From Candidatus Thorarchaeota archaeon (lineage in GTDB: Archaea; Asgardarchaeota; Thorarchaeia; Thorarchaeales; Thorarchaeaceae): DNA of 64,000 nucleotides. Shown in pieces: positions 1-9,822 of this stretch. The notes below the pieces were generated by a model. That model was not told the origin of the DNA, did no database searches, and was given only the letters and a program-made list of their open reading frames with translations. The position numbers were made by a program, and so were the translations under genes. The DNA is taken from assembly GCA_011364905.1 (NCBI GenBank), contig RDNZ01000009.1, positions 1-64,000 on the forward strand, read 5' to 3'. The number at the start of each line of letters is the position of its first letter. Positions within the stretch are counted from its first letter, which is position 1.

Positions 1-1
1 T

Positions 2-1255
2 GCAATTGCTGGTGGTACAGCCCAAATAGGTGTTGATGCTCTCACGGCTCTGCACATTAAGGCTGAAACGAACCAAGCTGATTTCAATACATACCTTGCA
101 AACCTGAACAATCATGGTGACTATGATATGGTCTTCTTCGCTACCACCTTCTATGGCAAGGGTCTAACATGGCTCAGGACTAGCTTCTATTCTAGCAATG
201 CAGATCAGCCCTTCTTGAACCGTGCAAACTTCAGAAACGAGACCGTAGATGGTCTTATTGATGAGATCGATTCTGCAACTACATTTCAAGCTACATATGA
301 TGCAGCTGCCGAATTACAGCTGGTATTGCAGTACCAAGTGCCAATATTGATCACCTATGAGAACTACTACCTCCAAGGCTACAGAACTGACAAGTTCAAG
401 GGTTGGGTCGTTGACAGAGGCAGGTACCTCAATAGTAAGTGGAACCTGCAACAAATGATAAAGCTAGATGACTCCTATGGCGGCACAATATCACTCAGAA
501 TAGGCCAGGAGCCAGACAGCTTCAATCTATTCACTTCAAGTTCAGCGTACTCGGCTAACATTTTCGATTGCCTGTACTCACCATTGTATGACTTTGGTCC
601 TGACTTGAATCCATACCCAGTCTTAGCGGAGAGTTATGTTCGGGAGACCCATGCGGATAATACCGCTGTGCCTGCAGGACATGAGAGGTTCACCATTAAC
701 ATTATCCAGAACGCGACCTGGAGTGATGATGTTCCGCTCACTGCTGATGATGTTGCATTCACCTTCAACTATCTCTTGGAAACTGCTCCATTAGGTAATC
801 CTAGCAGTTCACAACTAACTGCATCGCAACTTCTATCTGCATACGCTCCGTCGCCGTATCAAGTCGTTATCGAGTTTGGTAGAGAGAGTTACTGGAACTT
901 TGACTTGGTCATGTACAACTCCATCATACCGAAGCACATCTTCGAGCCCGGTGCTGGTATCGGTTACGAAGGATGGTCCTCTTGGAACCCAGGCTATAAC
1001 CCTGACGATCCGTTTGTCACTTGCGGTCCATTCAAATTCACTGATATGCAAGCTGGTGACTTCTACGAAGTTTCGGTTGATCCCAACTGGGCCTACCTAC
1101 CCTCAGACCGATTTACCACAACAACCCCAACATCTCCACCTACTTCCACAGCTACAAACGTTCCGCCTGATTACACACTGGCCATCGTAGCTGGTGCTGT
1201 CGGTGCTGCAGTTGTAATTCTTGTCGGCGGATTCGTCTTGCTGAGACAAAAGTAG
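2..1255 (+). CDS. ABC transporter peptide/nickel substrate-binding protein (family 5) with C-terminal Thr/Pro linker and membrane anchor; 5'-truncated
   Basis: Frame open from base 2 into the 128 ORF. SBP_bac_5 motifs (PDSFN, P.LAES, ATWSDDVPLTADDVAFT, GPFKF), Thr/Pro linker, C-terminal TM plus RQK. Confidence 0.85.
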   Translation, partial: AIAGGTAQIGVDALTALHIKAETNQADFNTYLANLNNHGDYDMVFFATTFYGKGLTWLRTSFYSSNADQPFLNRANFRNETVDGLIDEIDSATTFQATYDAAAELQLVLQYQVPILITYENYYLQGYRTDKFKGWVVDRGRYLNSKWNLQQMIKLDDSYGGTISLRIGQEPDSFNLFTSSSAYSANIFDCLYSPLYDFGPDLNPYPVLAESYVRETHADNTAVPAGHERFTINIIQNATWSDDVPLTADDVAFTFNYLLETAPLGNPSSSQLTASQLLSAYAPSPYQVVIEFGRESYWNFDLVMYNSIIPKHIFEPGAGIGYEGWSSWNPGYNPDDPFVTCGPFKFTDMQAGDFYEVSVDPNWAYLPSDRFTTTTPTSPPTSTATNVPPDYTLAIVAGAVGAAVVILVGGFVLLRQK

Positions 1256-1264
1256 ATTATATTC

Positions 1265-1298
1265 TAGGGGACTCTATGTCCCCTATTTCCTTATTTTT
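1265..1298 (+). terminator. Stem-loop plus T-rich terminator
   Basis: taggggac-tctat-gtccccta followed by ttccttattttt, directly after the stop. Confidence 0.6.
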
Positions 1299-1404
1299 GA
1301 TTCCAATCTTTAAGATGACGAAACTTTCTGTGAGCGGTTTATGTATTGCGTGAAAGATAGCTCCTTTAATGTAGAATTATTGCAGATTACCAAGGGATTC
1401 CTGA

Positions 1405-2277
1405 ATGAAACTCGACAGGCAAAGACTTGAACTGATTCTTATTTCGACTATTCCACTTCTTATTGGTGCAGGACTTGCAGAGTTGATTATCACTTCAGGC
1501 GGACTTGTTTATATCATCTCTTCAAATCCACAAGTATTCTCATTGGCGAATATAGCAATTCAGGCCATTGTATCCACAGGATTGGGTACGCTCGTTGTCG
1601 CCACTCTATTCTTTATGATTAAAAGGCAGGGCCAGAGAGCAAGAAGAACGATTGTTGCGTTCGTTGTATCTCCAGTATTGACCGTGTCATTCTTTATTCT
1701 TGGCCAATCCCTGTTGCTGATTATCATAAAAGGTGCAACACAGTCAGCCTGGCTTAGCGTTCTATCTATTATTACTCTAGGAGTTCTTCTCATGTCATTT
1801 GCATTCATAATGATGGACTCCGTGCCTTCATATCTCAAGAACTTCTTTGTTGCTTTCTATGGAAGTGTTTTTGGGACTTTTCTGGGGCTTATCTTCCTTA
1901 CTGCAAGTATGTTTGTCCTCGTTCTTTCAGTTGCGATAGAGGACTATTTTCTCACAAGATTCTCTCCTGTGGCTGAATCTGCATATCTAATAGATACTCC
2001 CGGAGCAGATCCCTTTGATTTTACTAGAATTCAGTCGAAGACAACAGCTATTGGAGCTGGTGACTACATTACGTTCTCTCTCATATCTGCACATTCCTTG
2101 CTGTTTTTCCCATTCTATGTCTGGATAATGTCTGTTCTATTGGTAATAGTAGGGATCACCATCAACATGGTAATAGTGGCCCGCGAAGATGAGATTTTGC
2201 CAGGAATACCTCTTCCAGCAATACTGGGATTATTTCCTTGGGTCGTACATTTAGTGTCCCTGTCCTTCCTTGCCTGA
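1405..2277 (+). CDS. Presenilin/signal-peptide-peptidase-like (A22, GxGD) intramembrane aspartyl protease
   Basis: About 9 TM segments; first Asp in AIEDYF, GAGD motif, PAL-like LPGIPLP near the C-terminus. Confidence 0.7.
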   Translation: MKLDRQRLELILISTIPLLIGAGLAELIITSGGLVYIISSNPQVFSLANIAIQAIVSTGLGTLVVATLFFMIKRQGQRARRTIVAFVVSPVLTVSFFILGQSLLLIIIKGATQSAWLSVLSIITLGVLLMSFAFIMMDSVPSYLKNFFVAFYGSVFGTFLGLIFLTASMFVLVLSVAIEDYFLTRFSPVAESAYLIDTPGADPFDFTRIQSKTTAIGAGDYITFSLISAHSLLFFPFYVWIMSVLLVIVGITINMVIVAREDEILPGIPLPAILGLFPWVVHLVSLSFLA

Positions 2278-2341
2278 TAGGATTGATGCGTGAAGCAAAA
2301 GGAACATATTGCTGTGTTCACGCGTTCGATTGTGAGCAGAG

Positions 2342-2890
2342 ATGATTTCAAGCGAGCGTGCTCAGAATGTCATCATTTCAATTGTCATCATAGTTGCGGT
2401 GGTAAGTTCAGTCTTACTGATCAACAATGAACAGTACTATAGTGGTAGCTATATATTGGCCGATAATATGCAAGTGAGTATTGTGCAAATAGTCGTAAGT
2501 GATATTGATTCAACAAATGATTCAATCTACCCCCGTCTATCATTCACTTTCAACTTTCGTACGGATTCCCCCAGTAAGGGGAATGTTAGACTATGGACTA
2601 TTGATGCATCTGTTACCCTTAATGATGACCACCTCTCTCTCACAACTTTTGATAGATCTCTCACCAATGATCCCGACCAATTCCTTCATCCTGACTACAA
2701 TACGAACTTCACGCTAGCGAAGACCATTAACTCACACACTGATAGAGCAACGATTCTTCAAGCAGATAATGTTTCTACTTGGAACTGGTATCTAAGATTC
2801 AGATACAGCATCATCGCGTTTAATGAAGGACCGTCAATGCGAACTCTGTATTTCAACTGGACCGGTCCAACAACAGTGATTCGAATTTAG
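2342..2890 (+). CDS. Hypothetical exported/membrane-anchored beta-rich protein
   Basis: N-terminal hydrophobic helix, several N-x-S/T sequons. Confidence 0.6.
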   Translation: MISSERAQNVIISIVIIVAVVSSVLLINNEQYYSGSYILADNMQVSIVQIVVSDIDSTNDSIYPRLSFTFNFRTDSPSKGNVRLWTIDASVTLNDDHLSLTTFDRSLTNDPDQFLHPDYNTNFTLAKTINSHTDRATILQADNVSTWNWYLRFRYSIIAFNEGPSMRTLYFNWTGPTTVIRI

Positions 2891-2970
2891 TATCCCTGTT
2901 CACAAACGCGATTTGAGTCTAATTATGTGCCCAGCTGAAGAAATCACAATGGATAGAGTCATTCAATCTC

Positions 2971-4023
2971 TTATCCTAACTCACCTTTGAGTCTGCTGAT
3001 TCGTTCAACAGATAGAGGGTCCACTCCGCGAATATGAGCTAGTTCCACTGAGACTAGATCGAGGTAATAGGTAAGGGCCAACATCTCTTCTATTTTACTC
3101 GAACTTTCAATGCTCAAACGAACTGGGGAAAATCCCTCCTCTTCATAGAGAGATGTGGTGATATCGATTCTCTTTTTTATTCTCGCGTCTTCATATGAGC
3201 TTCGTAGGAAGATTGGCTTTATATTTGATCTATTCTTATCAACAAAACTCTCAATCTCATTATGATTAGCCTCGGGTATCTGGGAGAAGAAAGCCATCCC
3301 TTTTGCATTTTCATTGATTTGGCATTTTGCTCTATATGCAACTGGCACTAAGTCTCTGGAGCCGATGAAGACTGGGATTTTTCCCGCAAGATCCTGTGCT
3401 ACTGTTCTCGGCGCTAATCGTGAGTTCTCCCATTGAGCTAATCTCTTTGATAGAGTTTCGCTAATCTCAGCCAAGTCAGTTGGTTCTGTTCCCAAAAGAC
3501 ACTCTACAAGATTCAAAACCGCCGAGAACAGAAGCGGAAATGCAGCTCTGGGTTGATATCCCCCAGGAATCTTGATTTTATTCAGGCTCTCGCTTTTTTG
3601 AGAAAGTTTACCTCCTGAGCCAACAGTGAATAGTCGACAGTTTCGTTTTATTGCTTCGTTACAAGCAGTAAGAGTTTCTTCTGTGTTTCCACTATAACTG
3701 ACCGCGATTGCGCACCAATTAGAGTCAACATACTTGGGAAGTATATACTCCCGATTTGCTATTATTGGAATTGGTGAAGAGTCAAGAAAGAGCGCCTGAA
3801 CATAGAGGCCTGCGATGGCACTTCCTCCCATTCCTAAAGTCACAACTCCTCCTAGTCCATTGTTTCCGAGTCGAATACAAGTTTCCTTGGTGTCTTGATC
3901 CATTTTCAATTTGGTGAGAAGGTCGGGAAACTGCATAACCATTTCATACATATCCGATGCAACGCTTGTCATTTTCACACGCTCGAGAAAAACAGAGTAA
4001 GAACCGCCTTTAAGCAAATCCAT
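2971..4023 (-). CDS. Bifunctional phosphoglucose/phosphomannose isomerase
   Basis: SIS motifs GMGGSA, SYSGNTEET, QPRAA, QINENAK, PEANHNEIE; real start may be a later Met. Confidence 0.9.
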   Translation of the reverse strand: MDLLKGGSYSVFLERVKMTSVASDMYEMVMQFPDLLTKLKMDQDTKETCIRLGNNGLGGVVTLGMGGSAIAGLYVQALFLDSSPIPIIANREYILPKYVDSNWCAIAVSYSGNTEETLTACNEAIKRNCRLFTVGSGGKLSQKSESLNKIKIPGGYQPRAAFPLLFSAVLNLVECLLGTEPTDLAEISETLSKRLAQWENSRLAPRTVAQDLAGKIPVFIGSRDLVPVAYRAKCQINENAKGMAFFSQIPEANHNEIESFVDKNRSNIKPIFLRSSYEDARIKKRIDITTSLYEEEGFSPVRLSIESSSKIEEMLALTYYLDLVSVELAHIRGVDPLSVERISRLKGELG

Positions 4024-4088
4024 CTAACCAAAGAGTAATTTATCTGATTATAAGTCTGAAAAACCACACACTACATTGAGGTCTTGAC

Positions 4089-4595
4089 ATGGGTATTATG
4101 AAAACGGCAGCTGTAAAGGGGATTATTCCACCTGGCAACAAGATTAGTGAACTTCGTAACAACTTGTTTCGACTAATAGCAGAGCTGCCTTTCACTATGG
4201 ACAAAAGATTCGGAACTAAAGGGCTTGAAGCAGTCGCTGAGATTTTTAGACGATTGGGCGAGGATGATGCGTCAACATTGAAGGAGCGACTTGGATTGGG
4301 TGACACTCTAAAGGACGCAGTTGATGCGTGGATTATCATTGGTCACATCATGGGGTCGAAGATGAACATCACATGGGAAAGCGAAAACAGAGCTGTTGCA
4401 GACCATCCTTTTTGTCCCCAATATGAGGAGTTCAAAAAACATGGCAAGCTCTATTGCGATTCTGCTTGTTGGCCGTATGTTGGAGCGGTAGCTGAGAAGG
4501 TCGCACCAGGAGCAAAAATGGAAATCGTTCGCCCTGCCAATATGAATCAAACGTGTATGAAGGCTTTGGTCTTTACACCATCACAAGATGTGTGA
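4089..4595 (+). CDS. V4R/H-NOX-superfamily-like (ATC-hydrolase-like) Cys-containing protein
   Basis: Helical N-terminus, then CP...C..AC...C pattern. Confidence 0.5.
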   Translation: MGIMKTAAVKGIIPPGNKISELRNNLFRLIAELPFTMDKRFGTKGLEAVAEIFRRLGEDDASTLKERLGLGDTLKDAVDAWIIIGHIMGSKMNITWESENRAVADHPFCPQYEEFKKHGKLYCDSACWPYVGAVAEKVAPGAKMEIVRPANMNQTCMKALVFTPSQDV

Positions 4596-4600
4596 ACCAA

Positions 4601-5245
4601 ATGGATTCTGAACCGATTGAATTTGCCTCCGATGGCTTTACGCTTCATGGTAGACTCTCAACTCGAGAATCTCAGCGGAACGCCAGTGTGATCATATTAC
4701 ACCCTCATCCTCTTTACGGGGGAAACATGAACAATCATGTCGTTAAAGAACTAGGTCGCATCTTTCGGAGAGAAGGATTCACGACCTTCAGATTCGACTT
4801 TCGAGGTGCCTCCGCTTCTCCCCTTGGTTACTCTGGTATTGCAGGCGCAGTTTCAGATGCGTTGAATGCAATTGCGACTCTAAAGTCTTTGACTGGGCAC
4901 AAAAAGGTTGGAATTGCAGGATACTCATTTGGAGCAGCTGTTGCATTTCGGGTCGCCCTGTTGACTTCACCTCTATTTCTTGTTTCGCTTAGTGCGTCGA
5001 AGGCACTTATTATGGAGGATAGTTTCGATATTGAAAGTCTCGGAAATATAGAATGCCCAACACTCATGTTTCATGGCAAAGACGATGATGTGATTTCTTT
5101 TGAGGACCTCCTTGATATCGCAGAAGAAATCCGGCTCGATTTAAGATCTACGAAGTTCTTGGAGGGGGAAGGACATTTTTACCAGAAATCTCTGCCCTGT
5201 GTTCGTTCAGCCATCCACGAGCTAATCGAAACTCTTTATGCATGA
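4601..5245 (+). CDS. Alpha/beta hydrolase
   Basis: HPHPLYGGNMNN, RFDFRG, GYSFG nucleophile, HGKDD, GEGHF; ATG at 4601 preferred over 4553. Confidence 0.9.
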   Translation: MDSEPIEFASDGFTLHGRLSTRESQRNASVIILHPHPLYGGNMNNHVVKELGRIFRREGFTTFRFDFRGASASPLGYSGIAGAVSDALNAIATLKSLTGHKKVGIAGYSFGAAVAFRVALLTSPLFLVSLSASKALIMEDSFDIESLGNIECPTLMFHGKDDDVISFEDLLDIAEEIRLDLRSTKFLEGEGHFYQKSLPCVRSAIHELIETLYA

Positions 5246-5308
5246 TGTCTATGCTGGTTCAAGGGTATCCTTAAGTAGCACGTACATTAGCTCGCGGTAG
5301 GTGTCTGG

Positions 5309-5986
5309 TTGATGTTGAAAGCTCTGGTGTTCGACATGGATGGGACAATTACCCATCTGACATTGCCTCTTGAGGCGATGAGGAACGACACCAAAGAGTA
5401 TTACATATCAAGAGGTGCTCCTTCCAATCTCTTTGAACCCGCTGACGGGATATCTAGCTCCACTGACAAAGCCCGTGAATACTTCTTGCACAACGGATTT
5501 TCGAAAAAAGAATGGAACAGTATGGAAACTGAGATAGACACCATTCTTACGAAACATGAGGGGTTTGCCGCGGCCACAGCCTCACTTATCGAAGGATCTT
5601 TGGCGATTGTGAGAAAACTCCGTAATGCTGGATTCAAAATTGCGATCCTAACGAATAATGGTCGTCCTGCTCTTGATAAGATAATGCAGAATATACCTCT
5701 ACGAGAGAACTTTGATCTCATTCAAACGCGACACGAGTCCCCTCGGCCAAAGCCTTTTCCGGATGGATTGCTGAAGATCGCAGAGGAGTTGGGTGTGGAG
5801 TTGAATGAGGTTGTCTACGTTGGAGACGCATTAATCGATGGTGCAGCCGCTAGTAGAGCTGGGATTGAGTTTTGGGGCGTTTCAACTGGAGAAACACCTG
5901 CAGAAGCACTTTTTGCCGCTGGCGCATCAAAGGTGTTCGCCTCACTCGAAGGTGTTCTGAGAGAGGCATTATCATTAAACCAGTAG
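5309..5986 (+). CDS. HAD family hydrolase (phosphoglycolate phosphatase-like)
   Basis: FDMDGT, LTNN, KPFPD, YVGD...D motifs. Confidence 0.9.
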   Translation: MMLKALVFDMDGTITHLTLPLEAMRNDTKEYYISRGAPSNLFEPADGISSSTDKAREYFLHNGFSKKEWNSMETEIDTILTKHEGFAAATASLIEGSLAIVRKLRNAGFKIAILTNNGRPALDKIMQNIPLRENFDLIQTRHESPRPKPFPDGLLKIAEELGVELNEVVYVGDALIDGAAASRAGIEFWGVSTGETPAEALFAAGASKVFASLEGVLREALSLNQ

Positions 5987-6272
5987 AAGAGTGTCATCAG
6001 TGCGTGGCCATTTGTTAAGTAGTGGGAACACCTTCTAGCACAATGAAAATTGGGTTTCTAGTAGGCTTCTTCGCATTATAGAACCTGAATGGATTGTTAC
6101 ACGATAGGTGGTCGAAATGGCTACTAGGCGCGTTCTATTGCATCTCTAAGGTGTGCAGTTTTGGATGAATGCTCCACTGAAGGTTATATACAGATTCACG
6201 TTAGTATCCTATGTGACAATCAGTACCAGAATATCCCAAGCATCGGAAGGCACGCTCGAGGTTACCGACTCA

Positions 6273-6662
6273 ATGACGATCGACGAGGGTACATACCTGG
6301 TTCTCCGCTCGGCTTCAGGCGCATTCTCCTGCCGCTATCCACCAGTTCCTAAGAGATGGAACTCCATTGACCGTCCTCACGTTGCCTTGCTTCTTCCTGA
6401 TGACGGGAATATTTTCCCTGTCTTTTTGTCAAACCCTGAGCATGATGAATCCGAGATTGACCAGGCATTGGAAGTTTCAGACCTGAATCGAATTCCATCA
6501 AAATCAATTATTGAGATTCGCCACAGCAACGCACTCTATGCCTATTATCGCAGGGACAATGGATCGTGGACAAAAGTGGCCGAGGCCAATGATCCTTTCG
6601 TGGTAGAGGTGTTCTCTCACGGTTATGCTCCTATTGTCATGAACATGATCCCTCAGATATAG
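6273..6662 (+). CDS. Hypothetical protein
   Basis: ORF with GAGG upstream of ATG 6273 and TATA-like ttatata near 6184; no family recognised. Confidence 0.5.
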   Translation: MTIDEGTYLVLRSASGAFSCRYPPVPKRWNSIDRPHVALLLPDDGNIFPVFLSNPEHDESEIDQALEVSDLNRIPSKSIIEIRHSNALYAYYRRDNGSWTKVAEANDPFVVEVFSHGYAPIVMNMIPQI

Positions 6663-6750
6663 TTCACTTCATGTCAAACTCATTTTAAAACCAGATTTCA
6701 TAAGGGATCGTAGTGTAGTTTGTACTGTGAGCCTTTGGGGAGGCTGATTC

Positions 6751-7122
6751 TTGTCTAGTTCAGATCGTCTTCGCAAAATCTTGGCAGCAGCGTTGTTTAT
6801 TCAGGCATGGCTGATGTGGCTCATGTTAATTGATAAAATCTTCAGACTGGGATTTTCAGGAAGCGTGGGCTTTGTTGAGATGATACTATACGTATACCCA
6901 CTTGTACTCGTATCTGGTACGATGGCTCCATCTAGAATGCCGCGTCTACCACTCAAGAAGGCTCTTGTTTATTGGGCGGTAATCTCAATGATAATGGCAG
7001 GTCTTTGTATGTACGAAGGTGCAGCACTTGGTTTTGGATTTCCCCGTGTACTCTGGTCATACGTCTACTTATTGCCAGCTTGTCTTTGTCTGTATTATGC
7101 GGCTCGACTCAAGAAATGGTAG
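6751..7122 (+). CDS. Hypothetical 4-TM membrane protein
   Basis: GGAGG SD before TTG; four hydrophobic segments. Confidence 0.6.
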   Translation: MSSSDRLRKILAAALFIQAWLMWLMLIDKIFRLGFSGSVGFVEMILYVYPLVLVSGTMAPSRMPRLPLKKALVYWAVISMIMAGLCMYEGAALGFGFPRVLWSYVYLLPACLCLYYAARLKKW

Positions 7123-7240
7123 GAATTTTGAAGGTGAAGAGGGGCGCCGTAAAATTGAGGTTCGCATGGTTGCTTGAGGAGGAGAGGATAATGTTTAGAT
7201 TTCAGGAGGGAGTTAGCGCCCCTCTTCACTTCAATTTCCA
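7122..7240 (-). ncRNA. Candidate structured small RNA, copy A
   Basis: 14-bp perfect IR gtgaagaggggcgc (7134-7147 / 7216-7229) enclosing CTCCTCC motifs on the - strand; shares motifs with copies B and C. Confidence 0.35.
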
Positions 7241-7351
7241 TTTTTCTACAAATGTATATAATAATTGTGGTAATAAACACAATACACTATCAAAATAATT
7301 GCGAATCTCGCAATTTTCTTGAAGAAATATGAGCTTTTGTTTGAAAATGTC

Positions 7352-7681
7352 CTATTTGAGATCAAGCAGTTCTACCTCAAATATGAGGGTTGAATTCGCG
7401 GGAATGAGTCCGTCACCTACGTCCTCATCTCCATAGGCGAGCTCCGGTGGTATGGTTAGCTTTCTCTTTCCCCCAACCTTCATGCCGGCCACGCCCTCAT
7501 CCCATCCTTGAATGACCTGACCGACTCCAATCTCGAACTCAAGAGGCTCTCCTCTATCCAGTGAGCTGTCGAATTTCGTTCCGTCTGTCAACCATCCAGT
7601 GTAGTGCACAACAACGGTCTGTCCCTGCTTGGGTGAGTTGCCTGTTCCAACAACAATGTCTTCAATCTGCAATGATGTCAT
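7352..7681 (-). CDS. FKBP-type peptidyl-prolyl cis-trans isomerase
   Basis: [46 protein letters not shown]. Confidence 0.97.
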   Translation of the reverse strand: MTSLQIEDIVVGTGNSPKQGQTVVVHYTGWLTDGTKFDSSLDRGEPLEFEIGVGQVIQGWDEGVAGMKVGGKRKLTIPPELAYGDEDVGDGLIPANSTLIFEVELLDLK

Positions 7682-7891
7682 AGACTACTTCGACCATCAA
7701 CTGCTTATTATTTGTTGCCGGCATCTTGACAAGCTAAAGCTTCTCTAACACTAATTTCGATTAGGCTTCTCTAGAATGCATACTAGATTACATCCCCCAG
7801 GAGGAATCGAACTTCAAAAGTCATCATTTTGTAGTAAGAATATTCGCAATCTGACATTTGCTTAAATACATTCTAATCAATACTATGAGCT

Positions 7892-7975
7892 AGGGCCAGG
7901 GGGCCTTTCTCTCTCAGAAGCAGTTTCTCTCCTCCTTCCATGTTCTCTACGGCCCCCTTCTCTCCCCTTTCATTA
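7892..7975 (+). ncRNA. Candidate structured small RNA, copy B
   Basis: agggggcc (7898-7905) pairs with ggccccct (7951-7958); loop ctctcctcct; cttaaata about 25-30 nt upstream; pyrimidine tail. Confidence 0.3.
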
Positions 7976-8019
7976 TCTTCTTTGAATTCTCTATCATGAG
8001 GTCGAACAGTATGCTTTCA

Positions 8020-8754
8020 TTAGATCCCTGTTTTTGGAAGGCTATGTCTAGAGCTTCGAAACCTTGTGAAGACATAGACTACTAGTAAGCCAATAAACAT
8101 GATGCCTCCTCCAGCCGCTAGAATTGCATAATTAAGCAAAAAAGGAGGAGCAACTCTCTCAACAACCTCACTATATGAATGATGTATAGGGAACGTCATT
8201 GTAGATATGAAGATTGATGATAACAGGATTCCATCCATCTTTGAAAAAACCGATTTTCGAATTTCAGCGGTGAATGTACCATTCAAAGTAGTCCGAAAAC
8301 CCCATGCTGTATCGTTGCCAATCATTGCGATTGACGAATAGTTATTGGAACTGTCTGATAGGAAAACTGTTTCCAGCAAGTCCCAATTTCCAATTGGAAC
8401 AGCAAAGCCAAGATATGGTATATAGGCCGGAGTGTTATTGTAAAAGAAGGCTTCTTCCCTGGCATATGGCAAATCTGTCAACGGGTCTGGAATTGTATAG
8501 TTGTCTTTTGTGGTGATGTAGAAACCGAAGCTTATCGTCGAAGTTGTATTATCGCTGGTAATCGTAGTGATTGTTTCTCTGAAGTAGACTTTCTCTCCGG
8601 CATTAAAGCCCCACGCGAGCCCCTGATCCTGCGAATCAACCAATATTGGAATTGAAAGAACAAGCATTATTCCTAAAGCAATGACTTTCGTTTTGCCAAA
8701 AGCAGTTTCGCTGTGTTTTTCCCCAAATGTGGTGTCCTGCATGATGCTAATCAA
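8020..8754 (-). CDS. Hypothetical cell-surface protein (signal peptide, C-terminal TM)
   Basis: N-terminal hydrophobic segment, many sequons, C-terminal TM plus basic tail. Confidence 0.65.
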   Translation of the reverse strand: MISIMQDTTFGEKHSETAFGKTKVIALGIMLVLSIPILVDSQDQGLAWGFNAGEKVYFRETITTITSDNTTSTISFGFYITTKDNYTIPDPLTDLPYAREEAFFYNNTPAYIPYLGFAVPIGNWDLLETVFLSDSSNNYSSIAMIGNDTAWGFRTTLNGTFTAEIRKSVFSKMDGILLSSIFISTMTFPIHHSYSEVVERVAPPFLLNYAILAAGGGIMFIGLLVVYVFTRFRSSRHSLPKTGI

Positions 8755-8892
8755 CTTCTATACAGCAAACCAATTCCCTGACACTCTTGAACAGACTAGG
8801 CATCAACTTTCAAACTTATGAATCTAGTCATAATCAGATTCGGCTATACGAGATGAGCATAAATCTCAGCATCGCTAGAGGATTTTTCGGAT

Positions 8893-9822
8893 TTGACCGT
8901 GATGGAGAAACCTACAATCTCTTGGAAAATTGTGCTAGCTATTCAAATACTCGTTCTTGTGACAATAGCGGTGACTGTCATCTTCACCAACCTAGGTGTT
9001 TTTCCCTTCGACACAAATCTTGGTGTCTATCGACTCCTGCCCGGGGGTATATTATTGGACTTCATATGGCTCTATGTGTTTTCGTTCATTATTGGAGCTT
9101 TTGTCTATTTCGCCACGCCAGCTGTCTCCAGCTTTCTATGGAAACTCCATAGATTTCTTACTAGGGGGAATTACAATTACTATGTCCAAGATTTCAAAGA
9201 TCAAGGGATTGCTTCTCCTCAATCCAGAAGGATGATTCTTCCAGCATTTGTCGCTCTTGGAATCTCTTACTCAATCTCCAACATCAGAAGTCTTGCAAAT
9301 CTGATCTTTGTGTCTGAGAGTTTCGGTTCACTTGCACCAGAAGCCCAGACCATTGTTATTAGTATGTCTTTACTTTTCATTCTTCTATTACTATCATGTT
9401 TCATCACAGTGCTTTTTGCACCAATGTGGCTGATGCAGGACAATGGATTGGTGAGTGAATTCAAAACAAAACCGAGAGTGACCGCAGATATTGGGGGCGT
9501 CGGGAATTACTACTTGAAGATGATGAAAGGATTCGCTGGAGTTTCCACTCTAGTAGCCTATCTCTTTACAATATACCAGACAATTGAATGGTATCAGTTC
9601 GTTCTGTCTTCCCCGCCTCCGGGTGGATTCACAATGTTGATATTCCTGATTCCTGTGATGGCCATCATTACATCACCCATTCTGGCATTGGGTCCAATCT
9701 CAGTTGTATATGTTCTTTATGAGAGGTCATTGGTGAAGAATATGGCTTCCTTCAAGGACCGGATTGGGAGGGCCGGTCTGGAAACCGTCAAAATTGATTC
9801 GATTAGTCATCAGGAAACGTAA
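8893..9822 (+). CDS. Hypothetical polytopic membrane protein
   Basis: About 6 TM segments. Confidence 0.65.
   Translation: MTVMEKPTISWKIVLAIQILVLVTIAVTVIFTNLGVFPFDTNLGVYRLLPGGILLDFIWLYVFSFIIGAFVYFATPAVSSFLWKLHRFLTRGNYNYYVQDFKDQGIASPQSRRMILPAFVALGISYSISNIRSLANLIFVSESFGSLAPEAQTIVISMSLLFILLLLSCFITVLFAPMWLMQDNGLVSEFKTKPRVTADIGGVGNYYLKMMKGFAGVSTLVAYLFTIYQTIEWYQFVLSSPPPGGFTMLIFLIPVMAIITSPILALGPISVVYVLYERSLVKNMASFKDRIGRAGLETVKIDSISHQET

Noticed and set aside
6117-6149. Tiny ORF MATRRVLLHL behind an aggtgg SD
   Set aside because: Only 10 codons and no supporting similarity; cannot be distinguished from chance
7791-7816. tRNA-3'-end-like string on the - strand (gttcgattcctcctggggga), possible att remnant
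   Set aside because: The T-stem 5' arm does not pair, there is no D or anticodon arm, and no integrase or second copy is in the window
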